A DNA stretch of 61,082 nucleotides, counting the filler, from Jimgerdemannia flammicorona (Eukaryota), in assembly GCA_003990765.1 (NCBI GenBank). It is 3 parts of 3 records of this genome, joined end to end, with 100 filler letters (N's around TTAATTAATTAA, not from the genome) between each part and the next. Parts side by side here need not be neighbours in the genome. Positions count along the whole stretch, not along the records: positions 20,401 to 40,691 come from RBNJ01001715.1; 2 more parts are not named here. One strand, given 5' to 3'. The notes below the pieces were generated by a model. That model saw only the letters and a list, made by a program, of their open reading frames with translations. It was not told the DNA's origin and made no database searches. Positions 23,519-32,400 of this stretch are shown here, piece after piece. The translations under genes were made by a program, and so were the position numbers. How positions within the stretch are numbered: position 1 is the first letter of the stretch; every line of letters begins with the position of its first letter.

Positions 23519-24666
23519 ACTCCGTCAGAGTGCCAGACCTTGCGGCCACAGACTTTCGTGCAGCCCTTACATTCAGGAGCACGGGGAGAGGAGGCGGAGG
23601 AGGAACCGGCAGAGGAGGCCGAAGGTGAGCAAGCAGCCGAAGGAGCAGCAGTGCGAGGAACACCACCATGAGGACAGACAGACTTGGCCGGGTGCCAGTA
23701 GGCATGGTGGAGGCAACCAGAGCAGACAGCACAAGGCCAGGCCCTGACAGGGTGAGAACCAAGTTGGCGGCCACGCTTGGGGGCAGGGGGAACAGAGGAG
23801 GAAGCCTTGGTGGGGGAGGGAGACCAGGAAGAGGCCGACAAAGCCTGATTGGGCTTAGCAGGGGTCTTGGTGGGGGTCTTGGAGGGGGTCTTGGTGGCAG
23901 CAGCAGCGAAGGAACGAACCTCAGCATGAGCAGCAGCACGAGCTTCGGCACGAATGGCCTTGGAGACTGAAACCTTGGGGGAGGCAGGCAGAGGAGCAGT
24001 AGCGGCAGCGTGAGCAGCAGCAGCAGCACGTGACATTTCCTGCTTGTGAAGGTGAGTGACAAAAGAGGTGCCAGCGAGGAGGAAGTGATACACAGCATCG
24101 ATGTCGGCGGCAATAGAAGGAACGTCCTGGATGGCGAAGCCACAGAAGGGGGTGGCATCCGAAAGATGAGAGGAGGTGAAGGCCATGAAAGCGGCATAGA
24201 CACATTGGAAGGAGGTGGAGGCGGCAGCGGCAGAAGCAGCGGCGGCATCAGCGGTGGCAAGTTTGGCAGTGGCAGTGGTGGCACAAACCTCTTCAGAGAG
24301 GGCTTGGCGGCGGGCCTCAGGGAGAATGGAGTAGCAGATGGCGGGTGGAGTGATGACGTCGATGTCATGGCAGAGATGAGCCTCCTTGGCAGAGAGGGCA
24401 AGAACTGACTGGAACTGGGAGAGGAGCGGACAACCAGAGGGATGAAGGTCCAGGGGGAGGGAAAGGATGGCGGATGAGACATAAGACTCGAACGAGACAG
24501 TGGCAGGGGTAAAGGCAGAGGGAGGGGGAGGAGGAAGTTCCTCATCCATGAGCTCGTCGACGAGGACAGAGGCCCTGAGGGCAGGCGGTACAGCAGAGGA
24601 GGAAGAAGGCCCAGTGGGAGCCAAGGGAGCGAACCCAGAGCCAATGTCAAAGTGAACAGAAGACAT
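23449..24666 (-). CDS. PLE ORF1, left arm (405 aa from the homologous ATG)
   Basis: Open frame highly similar to 25348-26565. Confidence 0.85.
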   Translation of the reverse strand: MSSVHFDIGSGFAPLAPTGPSSSSAVPPALRASVLVDELMDEELPPPPPSAFTPATVSFESYVSSAILSLPLDLHPSGCPLLSQFQSVLALSAKEAHLCHDIDVITPPAICYSILPEARRQALSEEVCATTATAKLATADAAAASAAAASTSFQCVYAAFMAFTSSHLSDATPFCGFAIQDVPSIAADIDAVYHFLLAGTSFVTHLHKQEMSRAAAAAHAAATAPLPASPKVSVSKAIRAEARAAAHAEVRSFAAAATKTPSKTPTKTPAKPNQALSASSWSPSPTKASSSVPPAPKRGRQLGSHPVRAWPCAVCSGCLHHAYWHPAKSVCPHGGVPRTAAPSAACSPSASSAGSSSASSPRAPECKGCTKVCGRKVWHSDGVCSHSLSLPPSKKVRGKGKASCS

Positions 24667-24916
24667 GTGGAAGAGCATGTATAAGGGGGATGAATAAAGA
24701 ACGTAACCGAAAATACATCAGCCGTTTATTGCCATGTAAAAATGCGGTCCTTATATACAAAATACGATATCCCAAAAGGGAGGATGCACTACAACTTGGG
24801 GCGAACCGAATTAGGAACCACATGACCACCGGAGATAGGCAGAGATAAAGGGGGAGCCAATCTCAGTTGCAGGATAAAAATCACAAACAAACACAAACAA
24901 AACAAATCCAAATCAA

Positions 24917-25419
24917 GATTAAAAAACATCCTTGCCCCCTCTGGGGTCTCATGCTCGCTCCAGGGTCTCGGCCTTACTCCACTCCCCTCCACTGCCTTCG
25001 GCCCCTTGCTTTGCTCGGGCTCGCTGCGGCTCGCTCTGTTTTGGCCTCACCCCTTGCTCATGCTCACCCCTCCGGAGTCTGCGGATGTTTTTTAATCTCG
25101 ATTTGGATTTGTTTTGTTTGTGTTTGTTTGTGATTTTTATCCTGCAACTGAGATTGGCTCCCCCTTTATCTCTGCCTATCTCCAGCAGTCATGTGGTTCC
25201 TAATTCGGTTCACCCTGAGTTGTGGCGCATCCTCCCTTTTGGGACGTCATATTTTGTATATAAGGACCACGTTTTTACATGGCAATAAATGGCTGATGCA
25301 TTTTCGGTTATGTTCTTTGTTCATCCCCCTTATATACGCTCTTCCACATGTCTTCCGTTCGCTTTGACACTGGCTCTGGGTTCGCTCCCTTAGCTCCCGC
25401 TGGGCCTTCTTCCTCCTCT
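24917..25419 (+). repeat. PLE pseudo-LTR (5' copy, central), starting with a hairpin that is the symmetry axis
   Basis: GATTAAAAAACATCC (24917-24931) pairs with GGATGTTTTTTAATC (25083-25097). TATATAA at ~25257 and AATAAA at ~25284. The repeat extends into the first ~24 codons of ORF1. Confidence 0.9.
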
Positions 25420-26565
25420 GCTGTACCGCCTGCCCTCGGGGCCTCTGTTCTCGTCGATGAGCTCATGGATGAGGAACTTCCTCCTCCCCCTCCCCCTGCC
25501 TTTACCCCCGCCACTGTCTCATTTGAGTCTTACATCTTGTCTGTCATCCTTTCCCTCCCCCTGGACCTTCGTCCCTCTGGTCGTCTGCTCCTCTCCCAGT
25601 TCCGGTTGGTTCTTGCCCTCTCTGCCAAGGAGGCTCGTCTCCGCCATGATGTTGATGTCATCGCTCTGCCCACTGTCTGCTACTCTATTCTCCCTGAGGC
25701 CCGCTGCCAAGCCCTCTCTGAAGAGGTTCATGCTGCCACTGCCACTGCCAAACTCACCACCACTGATGCTGCTGCTGCTTCTGCCACTGCCACCTCCACC
25801 TCCTTCCAACGTGCCTGTGCCACTTTCATGGCCTTTGCCTCCTCTCGTCTTTCGGATGCTGCCCCCTTCTGTGGCTTCGCCATCCAGGATGTTCCTTCTG
25901 TCGCTGCCGACATCGATGCTGTGCATCGCTTCCTCCTTGCTGGCACCTCTTTTGTCACTCGCCTTCATGAGCAGGAAACGTCACGTGCTGCCGCTGCTGC
26001 TCGCACCACCGCTACTGCTCCTCTGTCTGCCTCCCCCAAGGTTTCGGTCTCCGAGGCCATTCATGCTGAAGCTCATGCTGCTGCTCATGCTGAGGTTCAT
26101 TCCTTCGCCACTGCTGCTGCCAAGGCCCCCTCCAAGACCCCTGCCAAGACCCCTGCTAAGCCCAATCAGGCTTCGTCGGCCTCTTCCCGGTCCCCCTCCC
26201 CTGCCAAGGCTTCCTCCTCCATTCCCCCTGCCCCCAAGCATGGCCGCCAACCTAGTTCTCACTCTGTCAGGGCCTGGCCTTACGCTGTCTGCTCCGGTTG
26301 CCTCCACCATGCCTACTGGCACCCGGCCAAGTCCATCTGTCCTCATGGTGGTGTTCCTCATGCTGCTGCTCCTTCGGCTGCTCGCTCGCCTTCGGCCTCC
26401 TCCACCGGTTCCTCCTCCGCCTCCTCTCCCCGTGCCCCTGAATGTAAGGGCTACACGAAAGCCTGTGGCCACAAGGTCTGGCACTCTGACGGGGTGTGCT
26501 CTCATTCGTCGAGTTTGTCACCTTCAAAAAAAGTCAGAGGGAAGGGGAAGGCCTCCCACTCTTAA
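25348..26565 (+). CDS. PLE ORF1, right arm (405 aa): Ala-rich helical segments and two Cys/His motifs
   Basis: ATG start and intact frame in both arms. Motifs CAVCSGCLHHAYWHPAKSVC and CKGCTKVCGRKVWHSDGVC (left-arm spelling). Confidence 0.85.
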   Translation: MSSVRFDTGSGFAPLAPAGPSSSSAVPPALGASVLVDELMDEELPPPPPPAFTPATVSFESYILSVILSLPLDLRPSGRLLLSQFRLVLALSAKEARLRHDVDVIALPTVCYSILPEARCQALSEEVHAATATAKLTTTDAAAASATATSTSFQRACATFMAFASSRLSDAAPFCGFAIQDVPSVAADIDAVHRFLLAGTSFVTRLHEQETSRAAAAARTTATAPLSASPKVSVSEAIHAEAHAAAHAEVHSFATAAAKAPSKTPAKTPAKPNQASSASSRSPSPAKASSSIPPAPKHGRQPSSHSVRAWPYAVCSGCLHHAYWHPAKSICPHGGVPHAAAPSAARSPSASSTGSSSASSPRAPECKGYTKACGHKVWHSDGVCSHSSSLSPSKKVRGKGKASHS

Positions 26566-28580
26566 ACTTCCCCCTGGCATAGTTCTCCCCCAATGTCCCC
26601 GTCTCTTCTCAGATTCTGTTGTCACTTCTGGTGTACCCTGAGTGGTTCCTCATGTTGTCCCCCCTTCGCCTTTCTCAGTTGCTTGTCCCGAACTTTCGGG
26701 TTTATTCTTCTCTTGGAACACTTTTGTCTCCTCCTTTTTCTTCGGCTGACTGCCCCCTTTCTCCCCTTCAAGTCTTTACCTTATCCTTGAGTCCTCGCTT
26801 TGTTTTTCCTGTGACTCCCTCACAATTCTCCTTCACTGATCTGGCTCATCTAACACATTTTCGTCGTGCTCTTGACCTTGCTATTTTCTTTCAAGATCAT
26901 GGTGAGATGCCCTCTCGCTATTTTGTTCCTAGCGATTGGGTCCCCCCTCCCAATGTCTCTTCACACTGTATATTCCTCGACATGGCTTGCTCGCTGTCCG
27001 TTCCCAGATGAGCTCACTCTTGCTTGGTTTCAGATCATTCCATGTGTACCATGCTTAAATCGGTCAAGCAATTGCCTATGCATTTGCTCACAGTCACTGA
27101 TAAGAATCAAGGTTTTGCACTTATTCCTAAGTTGCTCTACCTTGATGGCCTTTCTGCCCTCCTTCGAGCCACGGCTTATGAGCCTAGTGCTCTTGGATTG
27201 GATGAGGTTCTAACTCTTCTTCAGGTTTCTCTGGCTCGTGCTAGATCACTTTTGGATTCCCCATTCGCGAACCCCATTTTTAACTTCTTCCAGGACTCTT
27301 TGTCCTTCCCGGATATTTCTCTTCCAGTTTTCTATGCTCTTCCTAAAGTTTACAAGCCTATTTTGGCTTGGCGTCCTATTACGGCTGCTTATAGTTCTCC
27401 TACCACCGAGATTTCGAAGTGGTTATCCCACTTCTTTCTCTCCTGGATGGCTCTCTTATAACACTGTCTTGGGCCTGAGTATACTATTCTTCGTGATACT
27501 CAGGAGCTCGCCCTTCTCTGCTCCACCATTGTACCTGTTCACCATTTTTCCCATTTGACCTCTGGTGACTTCTCTTCCTTCTATACTGCTATTCGTTTTG
27601 ATGAGATCGATGACTGCCTTCGCTTCTTGGGTTCCTTGGTTTTTCCTTTGGATTCCCCGGTTTCACTGGCTTCCATTGTTGAGCTTACGCTCCTCGTCTG
27701 TGGCTCTAATTATTTTGAGTCAGCCCTTGGCTCCTTCCACCAGACTTCTGGTATTGCCATGGGTATGAATTGTGCCCCCACCCTTGCCAACCTCGTTGGC
27801 CTGGCCCATGAATTGCATACGTTACATGATATTACTTCACCTCTTTCCATTGCATTCCAGGCTAGAGATGTCTTCTTTCGCCGATACATTGATAACTTTA
27901 TTGTCTTCGCTGTTGCTGGTATTGATATCTCTAGTGTGTTCCTTGGTGTCTACCCTCCCCATCATTCTATTACTTGGGTGTGCGGTATGACTAGTATTCC
28001 CTTTTTGGACCTTTCCATTTCTCTTTCTCCTTTCCGAACTGTTGTTTATTCCCGTTTTCCCCATTCCCAACAGTTCCCTGACTTCTTGTCCAACCATCCT
28101 CATCGCACTCTTCTTGAATGTGTTCGTGGTGAGGCTTGTCGTCTTGCATTATGCTGCTCCCATTGTTCTGATTGGGTGTCTGCTGTTCGGGTTCTTGGCA
28201 ACTTCATGGTCCATCATCATGTCTACCCTATTTCTATCATTCGCGATCTGCTTGCTTCTGTTGAATGGTCTGTTGTTTGCTCTTCCCTACTCTCTCCCCT
28301 TTACCCCCCCTCCCTTCTCTCTCTCCCCTCTTACCCTCTCTGTACCCCCTCTTCTTTCCCACCCCCAATTCTCATCGTACCATTTGATCATACTCACTGG
28401 GTCACTCAATGCCCTGATACCATCCTGCGCTCTTCTCTTTCACACCATGGACTTTCATCTCTTTCCCGATGCCCTCTGATTGCTCATTCGCATCTTCCTT
28501 CTGTTTCTTCTTCAATCCATCACTCTCATTTTGCATTTTCGTCACCTTCTGATGCCTCCGGTTCTGCCAGAGAGGATTAA
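26496..28580 (+). pseudogene. PLE reverse transcriptase ORF2, right arm; single frame, three premature stops, no GIY-YIG endonuclease
   Basis: VTDKNQG, FYALPKVYKP..WRPI, GDFSSFYTAI, NYFE..FHQTSGIAMGMNCAPTLANL, RRYIDNF, IPFLDL, SNHP are PLE-RT motifs. The C-terminus is short and Ser/Pro-rich. Confidence 0.9.
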
Positions 28581-29075
28581 AAAACATCCTTGCCCCCTCC
28601 AGGATCTTGTACTCACTCTGGGGTCTCGGCCTTACTCCACTCCCCTCCGCTGCCTTCGGCCCCTCGCTTCGCTCAGGCTCACTGCGGCTCACTCTGTTTT
28701 GGCCTCACCCCTTGCTCACACTCACCCCGGAGGGGTCTGCAGATGTTTTTTAATCTCGATTTGGATTTGTTTTATTTGTGTTTGTTTGTGATTTTTATCC
28801 TGCAACTGGGATTGGCTCCCCCTTTATCTCTGCCTATCTCTGGCGGTCATGTAGTTCCTAATTCAGTTCACCCCAAGTTGTGGTGCATCCTCCCTTTTGG
28901 GACATCATATTTTGTATATAAGGACCGCGTTTTTATATGGCAATAAATGGCTGATGTATTTTCAGTTACGTTCTTTATTTGTCCCCCTTATACATGCTCT
29001 TCCATATGTCTTCCGTTCGCTTTGACACTGGCTCTGGGTTCGCTCTCTTGGCTCCCACTAGGCCTTCTTCCTCCT
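28575..29075 (+). repeat. PLE pseudo-LTR (3' terminal repeat, right arm)
   Basis: Direct repeat of 24917-25417, ending at GGCCTTCTTCCTCCT. Confidence 0.9.
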
Positions 29076-29955
29076 TGGCTTCGCTTCTAAGGGTGGTAAG
29101 GATTTCTTGAATATTCAGCAAGGGCGGCCTATCCTTCTTGGTGATAGCATTGAGTTTCCTATAGTCAATGCAGAGTCTTGGTGCAAACTCTCCAGGCTTG
29201 CTTCCTTTCTTCAGGGCAAGGACAATGGGTGAGGCCCAGGGGCTGATAGCTTGCTTGATAATTCCAGCTTCTTCCATTTCCTTGAGTTCAGCTCGCAGCC
29301 ACTCTCTGTAGGCAGGTGGTATGGGTCTGGCTTTCTGATAGATAGGCTTGGTATCACCAGTGTCAACTTCATGGTGGTACTTGGGTTCTTGATTGTAGAT
29401 ATCCCTAAAGTCTGTAGTAAGTACTCCTTCATTCTGGTACAGGATCTTGAGAAGTTGTTCCTCTAGGGGAAAGTTTTCTCCAATGGTATATGTGTGCTTG
29501 TTCTGGTCCTTGTCTTTCTTGTGCTCAAGTTCAATAATCTTGGTGGCGGCATAGGCTCCTCTTCCAGTAGATCCAAAGCCTTGTTCTCCTCTCTTGGTCT
29601 TGATAAGTTCAGTGGCCTCTATGTTCTTGGGCTTCTTGATTTCGTGGATCAGCATCTGGCCAATCCTGTCATGCTTCTTGACTTTGAAGGGAGTGGTGTA
29701 GTTGTGATTTCTGACTATGAGAAAAATCTCACCAGTGTAATCAGGGTCAATTACTCCTCCTTCAACTGAGATTTCGCTTTTGGCCAGACTGCTCCTGGTC
29801 TTGATAATTCTGGCATGGTTTTCTGGCAACTTGACTCCAATTCCAGTGCCAAGTAGGGTGGTGGTCTGTGGTTCGAGGGTAGCATCTTGGATGCTGGCAA
29901 GGTCCATTCCTATGGCTCCTTCAGTCTTATATTCTGGGATCTTGGCTTTGAATAG
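29076..29955 (-). pseudogene. dut: Ty3/gypsy dUTPase plus RT N-terminus (upstream part of the 20401-20947 fragment)
   Basis: GMDL, RSSLA, GGVIDPDYTGEI, RGEQGFGSTG, SPWASPIVL, RLCIDYRKLN. Confidence 0.93.
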
Positions 29956-31426
29956 TGTAACAGACCAAAATGTACCACCCGAATTATAACTTAGCCAGAT
30001 GACGCAAACAATTAGCATACTTACTCAGCATGATGTGACTTTCAGTGTATCATAGTTACTCATGCCCGCCACACTTATAATTAGCCAAGACACCAGATCA
30101 GGATTGTTTACCTGTGTCCTGAGGACACACTCATGTCCGGTGGACACACTCATATCCTGCAGACACACTCATGTTCTGCGGACACACTCATGTCCTATAG
30201 ACACACCTGTACCCAGAGAACACACCCAAACATTACCAAAGATAGCAAATCTATAGTTAGCCACATAGTAACCAGATAGCAACCAACTTGTATAAATTAC
30301 CCCAGAGGCAAGAGTGAATAAAACCTCAGTCCAAAATACAAATACCAAAGAAGCCTCTAAAGATTGAGCATTGGTCCCCTTTCCACTCCAGTCCACTTTC
30401 CAATACAAAGCTGATTTTGCCACCAAGTTCAAGGAAGAACTTCACCACCTTTGGAACTATTGGTTCGCTTGCCAGATAAGCCTGAAGATTTGCCACCTAA
30501 GTTCAAGGAGAACTTTGCCGCCTTTTGAGTAACCTGCCGCTTAAGGAATAAGCTGCCATTTCCAAGTTATCCACATTAGAAAGCCGCCTTGCCCAAGCCA
30601 GTTTCTGATGCAACTTCGCAGTGATCTGTTCGTGCAAACGAAGCCAGTCTTTGACGCAACTTTGCCAAGAGACCCTTTCCATGCCGCCAGTTGTTCGTAT
30701 TCCCAGTTGAAGCCCGCTGATTCAGGAAGAATCTGCGCAATCCCCTTTCTCAGAAGAACCCTGCCGATTCAGGAAGAATCTGCGCTATCCAAGTTAATTC
30801 CCAGTTAAGCCGCCATTTTCAAGAAGTCCGCCGATTCAGGAAGAATCCGCATCATTTGCCATTTTCAAGTTATCCACATTCCCAGAGAATCCGCACCACC
30901 TGAGTCGTTATTCCCAGTGAGCCCGTTGCAGAAGAATCCTTGCCATACAATTTCCAGTGAGCCTGTTACAGAAGAACTCGTCGCCAGCATAATTCCCAGT
31001 GAAGCCCGCCACTTTTGGAGAATCCGCACCAAATCGAGTTATCCACTGAATTATCAGAACATCTGCATAAGGAACCCGTCGCACTACACAAGATCATCAT
31101 GCAGAAATCGCCCGCCATTCAAGAAGGAGAACTGCTAAATTGCCAGACCGTCACACTCAGAAATTGCATACTTTTGGAGATCGTCATGCTACACAAATTA
31201 TTGTGGCATTCCCAGTTGACCCAAGAAGGAAAAGACATACAAATCGCCGCTACACCCAGAGAACTGTCCCAATAAGGAAACTGCTCACACACTATCCAGA
31301 TTTTGACTATTATACCGCTAAACACCAAGAATATTTTGTTGCTTTTAATAAAGTAACTGGGGGCTCAAGCCAAACTACATCAACCCCCAACCTTGTAATT
31401 TGCCCCCATTGAGCTGGCATGTTACA
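29956..31426 (+). mobile_element. Long solo LTR (1471 bp) with internal tandem repeats
   Basis: TGTAACA...TGTTACA termini. Core CTTGTATAAAT...GAGTGAATAAA(A)CCTCAG is shared with the other LTRs. 18-bp GACACACTCATGT repeats at ~30110-30215 and GATTCAGGAAGAATC repeats downstream. Confidence 0.8.
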
Positions 31427-32400
31427 CTATTTATAATAGTTATCTCTTCTCTCATCCCAATACTACTTGAAAATCAGTTATCTATATTAGAACTATACTC
31501 ACCAGAAAGCTCACCAAAGCTCAGAAGACCTTATTATAGATTTTAATAATCTGCAGGTAACTTATACTGATATTTGATATCTAAGGTTAGCTGACTCTCT
31601 ATATAGTCTATATTATACTAAGATGATACTTTATTAGTAATAGCAAAAGAAAGAAAGCACTATATCAAAAACAGATATATTCTAGATATGTATAGTTAAA
31701 GAAATTAAAAACTGTAAAAAAGTGTAGGAAGTACTAATTTGATACTAATAAAGAGATAACTTATCATAATTACCTCTCTTCCACTACTCTATAATAGATA
31801 TAGCAAACTAATCTTAAGGTAGAGAGTATATAAGTTATAGAAAAGAAACTCAAGATTACTTACTAATACTTTATAAGCAGTATGATAGTAGAGAAAGAGA
31901 TGAATATACTATTTATATTTAGAACAACTGACTGCTTTTACTCAGAATATCTCTTTTCTTTCAAAATAAATAACTTATTAATTATATAATATATATATTT
32001 GCTATAGCTCAAATATTTAGAGTATTTAGTATATTATTTTTTATATTTTATTTATTTTATTTAACTTATACATCACTTATTTATATGTTACTTATTTGTG
32101 ATATTATTACTTAGTTACATAATTGTCATTTATTATATATTATATATGTCTTATTATATAATTCTATTATATTTTCATTATTCTTTCTTTATAGTAAAAA
32201 TAATAATATTACTCTTCTTCTATAATTATAACTTCTTAAGAAACCTATTCTTCTATATATAGACTAAATATTTTATAATTTATATTTAAAGAGTTTTTCT
32301 TTTTAAATTTATATATAATAGTTCTAGTTTCTTTAAGAGAAAGTAACTAAATCTAGAAGGTTCTAGTGAGTTTAAAGTGACTTAAAGAGATACTTATAGG

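Larger units (their letters stand above)
20948..29075. mobile_element. Palindromic head-to-head dimer of an endonuclease-deficient Penelope-like element (PLE)
   Basis: Arm 20948-24931 (-) is the reverse complement of 25083-29075 (+). Each arm has ORF1, a PLE-type RT and a ~500-bp terminal repeat. The gypsy RT frame continues across the insertion. Confidence 0.9.

Noticed and set aside
25285..25315. Hammerhead ribozyme at GGCTGATGCA
   Set aside because: The core reads CTGATGC/CTGATGT rather than CTGATGA, there is no correctly placed GAAA, and it folds as a simple hairpin.
25457..26641. Pro/Leu-rich 394-aa overlapping ORF (and 23502-24650)
   Set aside because: Expected by-product of an A-poor, C/T-rich strand that rarely forms stops, with no recognisable motifs. 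Not fully excluded without dN/dS.
20948..29075. Interpreting the palindrome as a DNA transposon with giant TIRs, a DIRS element or a telomerase gene
   Set aside because: The arms encode PLE-type RT with pLTRs. No transposase, tyrosine recombinase, RNase H or TERT-specific domains were seen.
28975..30018. 347-aa ORF as a stand-alone dUTPase gene
   Set aside because: Chimeric read-through: LTR-derived N-terminus, gypsy dUT-RT middle and antisense PLE C-terminus.
31432..32400. AT-rich segment as a gene or centromeric element
   Set aside because: No readable motif; composition matches terminally decayed transposon DNA.
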